Shown: in pieces, positions 52,435-64,000 of the stretch
How the letters are laid out: each line of letters starts with the position of its first letter
Numbering within the stretch: the stretch's first letter is position 1
NCBI GenBank assembly: GCA_963740315.1
Contig: CAVUDP010000001.1
Span: 1,590,126 to 1,654,125 of the forward strand
Source of the DNA: an uncultured cyanobacterium
Lineage (GTDB): Bacteria; Cyanobacteriota; Cyanobacteriia; Cyanobacteriales; Nostocaceae
DNA: 64,000 nucleotides
Direction of reading: 5' to 3'
Program-made: the position numbers and the translations under genes
The notes under the pieces: generated by a model
Told to the model about the DNA's origin: nothing
The model's input: only the letters and a program-made list of their open reading frames with translations
The model's database searches: none

Positions 52435-53514
52435 ATGCTAAATCCAACTTATTCCCCAGATTTAAGGCTTTTGCTACCAGAAACCGTCTGGTTAGAACCC
52501 GAACATTTTTTATTAGCACAAAAAATCAGTTCTTCAGATACCACTAACCTTAATGATTCTTGGCAAGCCTATCTTAATGCATTAGCACTACTTGCATTTG
52601 AGCAATGGTTATGCGAGCGCTTACCGAATAAAGTAATATCTAAAGATGCTAGCTTTATTGAAACTGCTGGGAATCTCAAAGTTGATGACTTCAAATTTTG
52701 TGCGATCGCCACCGAGCATTTGTTAGATGAAGTTGCAAAAATACCACAAGCGGTAATCGAAAAGCCGGAATATTCTGCCCATTTTTATGTGCTTTTAGAG
52801 GTATTGGAAGAAGAGGAAGAAGTTATAATTAGAGGCTTTTTACCTTACAAGCAATTGATCGAGATTAAAAGTAGTTTGAAATTATCTGTAGATGAAGGTT
52901 GTTATCAACTACCGCTGTCTCTATTTGATATGGAACCAAGCCATTTATTAGTATATCAGCGTTACGTACAAGCATCCGAATTTGCTTTACCCGTTGTGGA
53001 TAGTAGAGTTACTCAAGTCAGCGAAAATTTATCCAAACTTGTAAACACAACTACCACCAAATTAAGTCAATGGTTGCAAGGAGTAATTGATGAAGCGTGG
53101 CAAACAATAGATTCTATTTCCAACCCAGAATTAAATTTAGCTTTTAGTACCAGAAATGTCGAACGAGCTACTAAAAAAGCGAAAATTATTGATTTAGGGA
53201 TAGATTTGGGTAATAGAAAAGTTGCGCTGCTAGTTAATATATCTCCCGATAAATCTGCTGATAGTAAAGATGAAAGTAGTGAAGATAAAATTAGCGTTTT
53301 AGCTCAGCTATATCCCATGAGCGGAGAAAAATATTTACCTCATAATATCAAATTCCTGTTGATTTCTAAAGCTGGTAAAACCCTCCAAGAAGTTACGTCT
53401 AGAATTCAAGATAATTACATTCAATTGAAACCTTTTAAAGGTCAAGTTGGTAAACATTTTAGCATACAAATAACCTTAGAAGGGTTCAGTTTTAAGGAAA
53501 ATTTTGAATTATAA
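52435..53514 (+). CDS. DUF1822-family protein
   Basis: WQAYLNALALLAFEQWL, LSQWLQG...GW/AW, KAKIIDLG, VALLV, DNYIQL..F.G..G..FSI. Confidence 0.85.
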   Translation: MLNPTYSPDLRLLLPETVWLEPEHFLLAQKISSSDTTNLNDSWQAYLNALALLAFEQWLCERLPNKVISKDASFIETAGNLKVDDFKFCAIATEHLLDEVAKIPQAVIEKPEYSAHFYVLLEVLEEEEEVIIRGFLPYKQLIEIKSSLKLSVDEGCYQLPLSLFDMEPSHLLVYQRYVQASEFALPVVDSRVTQVSENLSKLVNTTTTKLSQWLQGVIDEAWQTIDSISNPELNLAFSTRNVERATKKAKIIDLGIDLGNRKVALLVNISPDKSADSKDESSEDKISVLAQLYPMSGEKYLPHNIKFLLISKAGKTLQEVTSRIQDNYIQLKPFKGQVGKHFSIQITLEGFSFKENFEL

Positions 53515-53988
53515 AAAATAATGCTTAAAAATGGGTATTTGATTGTATTTGTTTTAATAATGTTTTTTGATAGGAATTTTGGATAAAATATTTCGGGTTT
53601 CTGGTATTAGTGTTCTGCAAGATTTTTTCTAGGTAATCAAGGTTCTAACGAGAGAGACGCTCCCTCATTAGAACCAGCCAGCAAGATGCTCCCACTACTC
53701 TACTTGGGGGAGATAAGCGCGAAGCTGTCACCAGAGGCGATATAGCCTAAAACCCTTGCAGGATAAGGGTTTAATAATATTGGTTTTAAAAATATAGCGA
53801 TCGCCAGGTAAGAGTAATTTTTGCAGTTCCTCGGTAGTTACTGCAAAATTAGGAATTTTTTTCAAGCTAATATAATGCTGCAAAGTACGCAGCACAGATA
53901 TCATAATGATTATTTTTTGGACAAACTATTTATTGCTTCTAACACTGAAAACTGCAAAATTATTTCAAAATGTTAAAGATTGCCCCTG

Positions 53989-54141
53989 ATGTCAGCTTCG
54001 CTAGTTTTAACCCTAAATGCAGAGATTCCTAAAACCCTACATAACAAATTGAAAATGTTTGTAGCTTCAACAGAAACTAAAATTACTGATGTGACGATCC
54101 AAGCACTGAATAAGTATTTGAGTAAAAATTCAAAGGAGTAA
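53989..54141 (+). CDS. Small ribbon-helix-helix (ParG/CopG-like) protein, 50 aa
   Basis: MSASLVLTLNAEIPKTLHNKLKMFVASTETKITDVTIQALNKYLSKNSKE; beta-alpha-alpha pattern. Confidence 0.5.
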   Translation: MSASLVLTLNAEIPKTLHNKLKMFVASTETKITDVTIQALNKYLSKNSKE

Positions 54142-54216
54142 AACTTCATTAAACATCTGCGAAAAACAATTAAACTCTGGTAAAATAATATAAAAGGGTG
54201 TTTTCTCGGAGTCTTA

Positions 54217-54820
54217 TGAGTAGCGTATTGCTCGTATATTGAAAATAATCCTAAAGAATCACAGCACTTCCACCTGTTTAAAGTATGAGCAATTAAAGCA
54301 GCCTTTAGAAAAAACTATAGAATTACATAATTGTCAAATAGAATCAATAGAAAGTAAAAAGGTAAGAATTATTAAGGGTGGAGGTGGTAGAAAAGCAAAA
54401 TTATCACCATCTGAATAAGTTATATTGACACTAACTAGAGTTTAGACATTTTACAACTTTATGTCCTATCGGAAACGCTTCGCTAACAACTTCTTGGTAT
54501 TCAGGAGGCGAGTAAGTGAGACTACTGCAAACGATACATTTAATTATTAGTTTCCATTGTTGAAAGAGTTGCTATCCGTACTGTTTACTTGAGGAGGTAA
54601 AAAAACGAGTGCGATAGTAAAATCGTAAAGGATATTTTAACAGAGTATGAGTTAATAATAGATAGCTATGAATAGCCAATAGAGAGACAAGCGCGACTAT
54701 TCAAAGCAAAAAAAATATTACTTAGGGAAGAAAGTAAATCATACTTGAAAAAGTCAATACATTGTTTTACCTTCAGGTAAAGATATTGTTGATGTAGTTG
54801 CTGGAGAACCAGGACAAAAA
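54217..54820 (+). pseudogene. Degenerate DDE transposase (IS5/ISL2-like) remnant
   Basis: GGGGRKAKLS, IDSYE.PIER, IVLPSGKDIVDVVAGEPG, with multiple stops and frameshifts. Confidence 0.65.
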
Positions 54821-54922
54821 ATGTCTATTTTTACGTGTAAATTAACTACCTTTGCGATTCGGCGAATGCAATATAAAAGGTATGATAGTAAGATTTTGGT
54901 TGTTTTCGCAGATGTCTAATTA

Positions 54923-56595
54923 GGGCTTGCTGAAAAAATAATAAAAAAGTGAGATGGAGATTTATTAGTTATTCAGGGAAGAGCTAAAAATAAGTTTTTG
55001 TTTACGAAAATTAAGAAAAACATAATGTTTATTGATGTCAAACCGTAAAAAAGAGAGATTTTTGAAAAATACACATAAAAAATCTCTCAATAAACGTGAT
55101 AGATAGCTGGAAAGATTCATTACCAAAAAAGTAATTGCGATTGCAGTTTTAGAAGTGTGAGAAAGTTTAGTCATCACACAATTGAGACTAAATCTTCTTT
55201 TACCTTGTCCAAATTTACCTTCAATGCAACTACGAATCCTTTCATCTGAGGCAGCTTGTTTCTTATTCTCTTTACTAATATTAATAGGTGGTCTTCCAAA
55301 GGCGGTCCACTGATTCTAATACCTCGTTCTTTGCACCAAGCTCGATTTTGTTGTGTACGATAAATCTTATCAACATGAACCGATTCAGGGTAGTAACCAG
55401 TGTATTTTTTAAAAGATTCTATTTGTATTTTTAAATCTGTTGATTCATTAAAATTATTCCAACTAATACGGTCTAAAAATACATATCCATCAAAACAACT
55501 AGCTGATAATTTTGCCCCAAACTCTACTGTTTTACCCGCTTTACCCCGAACAATTGGACGTATATGTGGTTGATTTAAACTAACAATACGATAATCAATA
55601 CTCTTCTTATTGTTTTCGTATAACCACAATTGTTGACGATAAACTTCACTTACCACTAGCAATATTTTATATTGTCTATGGCTCAATTCAGATGGATTTG
55701 CTCCCAGATTAACTAACTGCTTAATATGAGAGATATTCCTCTTAATATATTGAAGTTGTTGTTTTAAAGATTTTCTTCTTTCTTTTCGGAGTGGACGACG
55801 TTTTTTAGCAACTTTTAAGTAATTTCTTCGTGCAAGATTACGATAAGTTCTTGGCTTTCTATCAAGTTTATTTTTAACTTGCTCATATAGCAAATCAATA
55901 ATTTTTTCTGTATGCTTTCTAGCTTGATTTAATAGCCCTAAGTCTGTGGGATAACTAATATCGCTTGGCGCACAAGTGGCATCTAATATTAATTTACCTT
56001 TATTTTTTGATTGATTTAATTCTTTTTTTTTAATTGGTGTTGAAGAATTATTTAACATCTCCTTCACCATTTTTTGATTAATTTTATTGACTAACTCTAT
56101 ACCTATTCTTTGACGAAAGTGAACTAACATAGAGGCATCAAACGGTGTTTCATTGCTATAGGATGATATCCCTATAAAATATTGTAGATAAGGGTTCTCC
56201 TTAATTTGCTCTACAGTCTCTCTATCACTTATTCCTAATTTCTCTTTAATTATTAGTGCCCCTAACGCCATACGAAAAGATTTGGCTGGTGCGCCTATTT
56301 CTTCGGTAAAAATTGAAGCATATTCTTCTTCAAAATCTGACCAAGGTATTAATGAAGCCATAATTACCCAACGATTATTTTCAGACAACTTTCCCTCGAA
56401 AGGGAGTTCAAAGTTTTCTGATGATACCTGAGACTGCTCCTCAAAACGATACATATATACTAAACACGCGCAGCGTGTTACTCACGGTAATGCAAGGGTT
56501 TTGAGTTATTCTAGACCTTTTCCTTGCACCTGAATATATTCCTTGGGGCTGATAATGTATGCTGCATCACATTTTTATATTTATTCAGCAAGCCC
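54923..56595 (-). mobile_element. IS5-family insertion sequence, copy 2 (transposase frameshifted)
   Basis: Same TIRs and TAATTA flanks as copy 1; 1 bp shorter (TTGGGAAGA becomes TTGGAAGA at ~55296). Confidence 0.93.
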
Positions 56596-57105
56596 TAATT
56601 AAGAACAAGGTTGATTTTGTTTATAATTCCTACCTGTAGCGATCTGCAATACTAATCGCTCAAGCCTGTAATCAAAGTAATTTCAAACCAGGATTAATTG
56701 CAACTGAACCAGAATTAAATACAACCAACCTGCAATCATCCGTTTCAACTAAGATTATTTGCAATTATAAGAGCCGTTTTATTCAACAGGTAGTTTTGGT
56801 AGTTTGTTCAAAAAATGCCTTGTACTTCGCAAGGTTTAAAAAACGTTTGCTTTTTTACCTTTCGGCAGCACCCAAACTACTCCCCCGAAACGGTGTAAAG
56901 TTTAGTAACGAAACTCGGTAATTATATCAAACCCACATTCCGCACCCCAACTGTCACAGAAGTGTTTTCACTGTTAATTTTTTATACAATTAGATAAAAA
57001 AAAACTTTAGTTACGTAAATAGCTATATCTATTATATTATATTATTTACTTACCTTCGGTGAGAATTTTATTGTCAATAAGTACCAACAATAATTTATGC
57101 TTAAT

Positions 57106-57179
57106 TCATAGATAATAATTTATGATTAAGTATTTGAAAATTTGTATTTCACTTATAATTCATAAGTTAAAAACTATGA
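57106..57179. promoter_or_regulatory. Two LysR-type (NdhR/CcmR-like) operator palindromes upstream of sbtA
   Basis: TCATAGATAATAATTTATGA (57106-57125) and TCATAAGTTAAAAACTATGA (57160-57179), each one mismatch from ATAG-N8-CTAT. Confidence 0.6.
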
Positions 57180-57300
57180 TAATTTGTAACTATTAAGCTT
57201 AATTAATAGTCAGTTTTACATAAATAAGTGATTGTCGATATAAGCATTAACATTTCTGCCGTCCTAACCCTTAAGATTTTGATCCCGGAGGAATTACAAA

Positions 57301-58410
57301 GTGAATTTTTTGCTCGATTTCTTGATGAGCTTCCTAAAGCAGTTACAGTCCCCAACACTCGGCTTTCTAATTGGTGGTATAGTCGTTACCGCCTTCGGTA
57401 GCCGACTATCAATTCCAGATCAGGCCTATAAGTTCATCGTCTTCATGCTGCTCATGAAAGTCGGTCTGACAGGTGGCCAGGGTATCCGCAGCTCCAATCT
57501 GGCGCAGATACTGTTGCCTGCGTTGTTCGCTGTAGCAACGGGAATCCTTATCGTATTCATCGGACGCTACACGTTATGCAAGCTGCCCAAGGTCAAAATG
57601 GAGGATGGCATTGCGACTGCGGGCTTGTTCGGTGCCGTGAGTGGCTCTACCCTCGCCGCCGCCCTGACGATAATGGAAACGCAAGAGATCACATACGAAC
57701 CCTGGGCCGCCGCACTCTATCCCTTCATGGACATTCCAGCACTTGTGACTGCGATCGTCTTGGCCAGCATTTATACCAAAAAGCAGCACGCCGCAGATAA
57801 TGTTTTCAGCAGGCAGCGCGTTCTCGCAGGCACAGGCGATTATTCCAGCGGCCAGGGCATTACCGCAGCCGGGTATCCCAGCAAGCACGACGGTGCCGCA
57901 GACAATCGGGTCAAGATATGGCCGATCGTCAAGGAAAGCCTCCAGGGTTCTGCCCTATCGGCACTGCTGCTCGGCCTCGCTTTAGGTCTGCTAACCGAGC
58001 CGAAAAGTGTCTATGAAACCTTCTACGAACCCCTCTTCCGCGGTCTGCTTTCGGTACTGATGCTGGTAATGGGTATGGAGGCGGCTGCAAGGCTTCCAGA
58101 ACTGCGTAAGGTCGGGCAGTGGTATGCTCTATATGCCTTTGTGGGGCCGCTGCTGCATGGATTCATCGCCTTCGGTTTCGGCATGATTGCCCACTACGCC
58201 ACGAATTTCAGCTTTGGCGGTGTTGTGATCTTAGCCGTCATCGCCGCCTCCAGTTCAGACATCTCAGGGCCGCCCACTTTACGAGCTGGTATCCCGTCGG
58301 CCAATCCCTCTGCCTACATCGGCGCGTCCACAGCCGTCGGCACGCCAGTTGCGATTGCCTTGGGAATACCGCTCTTCATCGGGCTAGCCCAGGTGCTGAT
58401 GGGCAGCTAA
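57301..58410 (+). CDS. sbtA: Sodium-dependent bicarbonate transporter
   Basis: QLQSPTLGFLIGG, GLFGAVSGSTL, LYPFMDIPAL, SSSDISGPPTLRAGIPSANPSAYIG. Confidence 0.96.
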   Translation: MNFLLDFLMSFLKQLQSPTLGFLIGGIVVTAFGSRLSIPDQAYKFIVFMLLMKVGLTGGQGIRSSNLAQILLPALFAVATGILIVFIGRYTLCKLPKVKMEDGIATAGLFGAVSGSTLAAALTIMETQEITYEPWAAALYPFMDIPALVTAIVLASIYTKKQHAADNVFSRQRVLAGTGDYSSGQGITAAGYPSKHDGAADNRVKIWPIVKESLQGSALSALLLGLALGLLTEPKSVYETFYEPLFRGLLSVLMLVMGMEAAARLPELRKVGQWYALYAFVGPLLHGFIAFGFGMIAHYATNFSFGGVVILAVIAASSSDISGPPTLRAGIPSANPSAYIGASTAVGTPVAIALGIPLFIGLAQVLMGS

Positions 58411-58510
58411 TCCCAGACAGGTCGCGGTCTGCCGGTGCTTTCCTGACCCGGCGATCAACGCGGCGGCTAGATCGCTCGCGGTGCTGCCGTTTTCCTGAGT
58501 TTTTATGTAG

Positions 58511-58861
<351 letters not shown>

Positions 58862-58885
58862 CTCAAAACCTAGTCGATCAAACCC

Positions 58886-58914
58886 AAAAACCTGGGGCAT
58901 AACCCCGGGTTTTT
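58886..58914 (+). terminator. Rho-independent terminator of sbtAB
   Basis: AAAAACCTGGGG-CATAA-CCCCGGGTTTTT. Confidence 0.8.
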
Positions 58915-59162
58915 AGTGACCGTAGTAATGTTAAACAATCTTGTTTGCAGTCGAATTAAACAGCAATAATTTTGCACGTTACCGATTAGATATATGTAAG
59001 TGCAAGGTCATATTTTCCTTTAATGGATAACCGAAACCCCTGTATTTATTACGGATTTCCTATAAAATTTCTACCCCCTCTTCCCCCTCACTCAATCAGG
59101 CAATCTTCCGCCAGTAAAGGAGTAGTAACGAGCGCGTAAGTCCAGATCAATTTACAGAAATT

Positions 59163-60482
59163 CTATTTAACTATCTCACTGCGAGAAGTTTTATTATTTC
59201 TTGTTGGGTTAGGTTTTAAGCGAGTTGATCGATCTTTGACTATTCCCCAATTTTGTACAAAACTCTGCAACAGATTATCTTGCCGAGTACGGAAATACTC
59301 TAGGTTTTTTCCTGAAGTCTCTTTATCGGGGTTAAGATTGTCCAACTTTCCTTCTGCGTTCATTATTACAAACCAAACAATTTCTTGCTTTTGAGTTGGT
59401 AAGGCTCCTGCTAAGTTACTGACATTATCGAAACTTCCGGATTTTACTACTGCAAATTTGGGAATCAATCGCTTGTCTAAAATTCCTTCGTCAACTCCTG
59501 CAATATAAAAAACATCGGCAATTGTCATTTTACGAGGCTGAAGATATTTCTCAATAGCTTGAAACATCGCGCAGACAGCACGAGGAGAAATCCGATTTTC
59601 GGTTGATAAACCAGAACCATTAACTAGTTTAATTTCAGACTGTGGCAATTGTGTAATTTCAGCAGTTTTTGATTCTACGAATGAAGCTCCACCAATCGTT
59701 ATAGCTAACTTATCAGCCATGAAATTGTTACTGTACAAATTCATTTTTTTAAGAAGTTCAGCAAGTGGGTAAGAATAATGACGTATCAAAGGTTTTTTGA
59801 AGCTACTACTTCCAGATGCAGTTAAAGTTTGCACCGCACCGTCAATTACAACTTGAGGTTTTGCCGTGCCAGGAGGTAAACTTTGATATTGCTCTTGTGC
59901 TTCTTTTGACCAAATTGCAGAATCTAAGCCGACTTTTAGTAAGTTTCCTGTTTTCAATGGGTCATCATTAAAATTCATGTAAAATTTATCTGTAATAATC
60001 AGATTACCAGTTACTCGTTTGATGCCCAACTGATTTAAAAGATTACCAATTTTAAAGGCTTCTTCCCATACAAAAAACGGATCGTATGAACCCTCAACAA
60101 TCAAATCACCTTGTAATATTCCGTTTTGAATTGAGCCATTTGTCCCTATCTGCGTAACAAACTGATATTCTGCTCCTAAAGTTTCTAAAGCTGCTAAGGT
60201 AACAGCTACTTTAGATAACGAAGCAGCAGGCATCGGTATTTTACCTTGGCGATCGGCTAAAACTTGAGTATCAGATTGAATCCATACTCCTTGGTATTTT
60301 TGAGGAAATCCTTTTGCTGCCAACGATTTTAGATATTGCTGAACTTGGGCATTCGTGGCTTTGTCTGAATGATTTGGAGATGTAGGAGGTGATTGATTAA
60401 CCGAACACGCACTCATCAATGCTAGAAGCATATAAGAGATGAGAGCATATTTTTTGTTTAATATGATTTTCATTTGTTGCAA
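59163..60482 (-). CDS. dacB: D-Ala-D-Ala carboxypeptidase/endopeptidase (PBP4, peptidase S13), likely lipoprotein
   Basis: ASLSK (SxxK), YSNN (SxN), KSG, NGSGLS..NR; lipobox-like LMSAC. Confidence 0.85.
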   Translation of the reverse strand: MQQMKIILNKKYALISYMLLALMSACSVNQSPPTSPNHSDKATNAQVQQYLKSLAAKGFPQKYQGVWIQSDTQVLADRQGKIPMPAASLSKVAVTLAALETLGAEYQFVTQIGTNGSIQNGILQGDLIVEGSYDPFFVWEEAFKIGNLLNQLGIKRVTGNLIITDKFYMNFNDDPLKTGNLLKVGLDSAIWSKEAQEQYQSLPPGTAKPQVVIDGAVQTLTASGSSSFKKPLIRHYSYPLAELLKKMNLYSNNFMADKLAITIGGASFVESKTAEITQLPQSEIKLVNGSGLSTENRISPRAVCAMFQAIEKYLQPRKMTIADVFYIAGVDEGILDKRLIPKFAVVKSGSFDNVSNLAGALPTQKQEIVWFVIMNAEGKLDNLNPDKETSGKNLEYFRTRQDNLLQSFVQNWGIVKDRSTRLKPNPTRNNKTSRSEIVK

Positions 60483-60922
60483 TAAGTAAAATAATCAGTA
60501 TTTACGTACTAAAGTCAAAATTGTAAAAGTGAAGCATTACCTGCAAGTTTAAACTGAAAACTTATTACGAGTGTTCTGTATCTTTATAAGAACCAAATCA
60601 AGTTATGCATTTTTTGAAAAAGTTTTGGTTGATTACTAGTACTTTACTAAGGGAACTATGCAGAGTTAACAATCAGAAATTTTTTTCTTCGCCCTCTCCC
60701 CCCTCCCTGTCTTCACCCGGCAATTTTGGGTTGGCAGACTACTCGTCACACATCCTACAAGAAAAAATGCGTTCTCGTTTTCTGGTTCCCAGCAGTCTTC
60801 TGGGAACGATTTATTCGCTACGTACAAACAACCCCAAGCAAAATAATTGTTTTAACTAATACCAATATTTATTATCATTTAACAAGAGAACAGTTTCTTT
60901 AAGAAGCTTTGCTGCATCTATA

Positions 60923-63900
60923 ATGATTCATTCAGTTGGCATCAATCTGGGATATGGTAATTTATACGAGGGTTTTCCTGTTGTCACTGTTAAACTATGG
61001 GAATTAAATAATCCTGGTCCACAACAGTTTGTTGGTAGTTTACCAGCAGCCTCGGTTTTGATAGATTTGTATCGCAATTGGCGTTTGATTTATCAAAATT
61101 TGTGCGATAGGCTCTCCCCCACAGCTTCGGTGTATCGCCTTCCAAGATCGATTATAAATTTGGATGATGATGAACTCGAAATCGATCAAAGTGATATCAC
61201 AAATGTCTCAGTGGTAGATTTCCAGGATTTATCTGAGGAATTACAGCGAAATATTAATAGTTGGCTGGAATCTCCAGGAATTATCAATCTTAGCCGACAG
61301 CTACGGGCTATAGTTAATCCCGCTGACGAAATCCGGATTGTTATCGAAACTCAAGATACTATTATTCAAAAGTTACCTTGGCATTGCTGTAGTTTTTTTG
61401 AAGATTTTCCGCATTCAGAAATTTCTTTTTCGAGAACTGAATATAAGCGTACTCCTGAGTTGCAATTATCAGAAGTAACTCGAAATCAGGTGGAATTCTG
61501 GCCATTTTAGGTAATTCTCAAGGAATTGATTTAGAACAAGAACAAAGATTTTTACAAAGCTTACCGGATTCAGAAGTAGAATTTCTTGTCAAGCCTTCAC
61601 GACAAGAATTTAACGATAAACTTTGGGATTCTCAAGGTTGGGATATGCTATTTTTTGCTGGGCACAGCCACACTCAGGAGGAAACGGGAGTAATTTATAT
61701 TAATGAAAATCCGACTAATAATAGTTTACCGATCGCGCAATTAGCAGAAGCGTTAAAAGCGGCGATTGAGAAGGGTTTAAAGATAGCTATTTTTAATTCT
61801 TGCGATGGTTTGGGGTTGGGTGATGGCTTGGAAAAATTAAATATACCGACAACAATTGTCATGCGGGAGCCAGTACCGATCGGGTTGCGGAAGAATTTTT
61901 TAATTATTTTTTACAAGGGTTTGCATTTGAAAAAAAATCTTTATATACCTCAGTACAGCAAGCAAGACGCAGGTTACAAGGTTTGGAAGATGATTTTCCC
62001 GGTGCGAGTTGGCTACCCGTAATTTTTATTAATCCTGCTGAAGAAGCACCAAGCTGGTTGGATTTAAAAGATAGATTGAAAAACCGCAGAGACGCAGAGG
62101 GCACAGAGAAAGGAATAAAAAGGGATTGGTAATTTTAGAGCGGGAAGTGAGTGATGAGATTCAGGTAACAAATAAAAAGCAGCGTCAAGATTGGGGAGAA
62201 GCAATTGATGTCTCTGCATTTTACGGACGAAATGACGAAATTAAGACGTTAGAAAAATGGACTGTAACCGATCGTTGCCGATTAATTACTGTAGTTGGTA
62301 TGGGTGGAATCGGTAAAACAGCTTTATCTATTAAGTTAGCAGAATTAGTAGAAAATGAATTCGATTATTTAATTTGGCGAAGCTTGCGAAATGCAACTCC
62401 TGTAGAAGAATTATTGAGCGATTTAATCGGTTTTTTATCGGCAGAGCATCAAATAGTTTTAGCAAAATCCTTGGATAAACAAATATCTCAATTGATTGAG
62501 TGTTTGCGTGCTTCCCGTTGTTTAGTGGTGTTGGATAATCTCGAATCAATTTTAGCAAGTGACAATCAAGCTGGAAATTATCGTCAAGGATATCAAGGAT
62601 ACGGACAACTTTTGCGATGTGTGGGAGATACCCGCCATCAAAGTTGTTTTTTAATTACCAGTCGCGAAAAACCCAAAGGATTTGCTGCGAGAAATGGCAA
62701 TAATTTACCAGTGCGATCGCTAACTTTAAAAGGATTGAATTATCAACAAGGAGAGCAGATTCGTACAAAAGGGTTTATCGCCATCGTCAAAAGAAATTAA
62801 TAACTTGGTAGACTGTTATGCAGGTAATCCACTGGCGTTGAAAATTGCCGCTACCACGGTTAAAGAGTTATTTAGTAGCAACATTACCGATTTCTTAGAA
62901 TCGGGTACGGTTATATGCAGCGATATTTTTGATTTGCTCGATTGTCAATTTCAGCGTCTTTCGATTTTAGAAAATCTAGTCGTTTATTGGTTGGCAATTA
63001 ATCGGGAATGGGTATCTTTAAAAAAATTACAAAGCGATATTATTGAAGTTGTCAAAATGCGAGATTTACTTGCGGCTTTAGAGTCTTACAATCGCGCTGC
63101 TTAATTGAAAACAATTCGGGTAAGTTTACTCTTCAACCAGTGGTGATGGAATATGTAATTGAAGAATTAACCGAACAAGTTACCCAAGAAATTTACGCGG
63201 GAGAAATTAAAACTTTTGATAAATATGCTTTAATTCAAGCCCAAAACCAAGATTACCTTAGAAATGCTCAAATCCAATTTATCCTCAATCCTATTATTGA
63301 CAAATTATTTAACTTTTGGGTAACAAAGCAAACTATTCAAAATTATTTAAATCAACTTTTATCGCAACTTAAATCTTCTACACCTGCAAAACCTGGGTAT
63401 GCTGCGGGTAATATAATTAATATAATGCGACAGCTTGATATAGAACTAAATAATTATGACTTTTCTAACTTAAATATTTGGCAAGCCAACCTGCAAGGAA
63501 TCAACTTACAACAAACAAACTTTGCTAATTCTAATTTAAGTAAATCAATATTTACCAACACTTTAGGTAGTATTTTTGCGGCTAAGATAGATACCACAGA
63601 CAACTTATTTGCTACAGCAATTGAGAATAATACATATCTCTGGGAGGTTGACAACGTTAGACAATTGCATAAATTTGATGGTCATACAGCTTGGGTAAGG
63701 TCGATCGCATTCAGCCCAGATGGTAAAATCTTAGCTAGCGGCAGTCACGATCGCACTATTCGGTTATGGAACGTTGAAACCGGACAATGTTTGCAGATAC
63801 TAACAGCGCATACATCGGGAATACAATCCCTTGCTTTTAGCCATGATGGCAACACTCTAGCCAGCGGTAGCAACGATAAAACCGTCAGATTATGGAACAT

Positions 63901-64000
63901 TCAAACCGGAGAATGTTTGCAGATTTTGCAAGGACATACAAATAATCTTACCTTTGTCAGCTTTCATCCCCTTGAAGAAAAATTAATTACAGCCAGCACC
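60923..64000 (+). CDS. CHAT protease + NB-ARC/STAND NTPase + pentapeptide + WD40 protein; ~5 frameshifts, runs off the window
   Basis: LPWH, ILAILGNSQGID, FFAGHS (His), IFNSCDG (Cys), GMGGIGKT, LVVLDNLE, GNPLALK, QANLQGINL, GHTAWVRSIAFSPDG. Frameshifts at ~61492, 61878, 62118, 62760 and 63085. Confidence 0.85.

Noticed and set aside
60605..60859. 84-aa ORF upstream of the CHAT gene
   Set aside because: Overlaps intergenic low-complexity/repeat-like sequence; no motif or RBS support

Overview
AT-rich DNA from a cyanobacterium, probably filamentous: HIP1 octamers (GCGATCGC) recur, and sbtAB, a CcbP-family gene and DUF1822 are present. (1) 1-35.7 kb is an extracellular/thylakoid-type contractile injection system (CIS) locus. 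It encodes a membrane protein, AAA ATPase, DUF4255 cap, sheath, three gp19-like tubes, an Afp7-like protein, VgrG spike, PAAR tip, gp25 and baseplate. Between PAAR and gp25 lies a ~11 kb cargo region: two DUF4157 effectors with a shared N-terminal leader, toxin/immunity-like pairs, and an orphan toxin cassette sitting inside a broken glycosyltransferase gene. (2) 37.9-45.5 kb is a decayed mobile patch (HicBA, tyrosine integrase plus excisionase-like gene, ISAs1 and IS4 remnants). (3) 45.6-53.5 kb holds CAP, LysM-3D, LysM-GH19 chitinase, astacin-LysM and two YbaY-like genes, followed by a sigma-like gene and DUF1822. A bipartite motif AACTGCATAAG-N13-CAACTAT recurs upstream of these units, suggesting an undescribed dedicated regulon, possibly linked to the CHAT-NB-ARC-WD40 gene at the window end. 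(4) 54-64 kb contains IS remnants, a second IS5 copy, a GC-rich sbtAB, a PBP4-type peptidase and the CHAT-STAND gene. Many genes carry 1-bp frameshifts, several in homopolymers, which may be sequencing errors. All family calls come from motif recognition by eye, not database searches.
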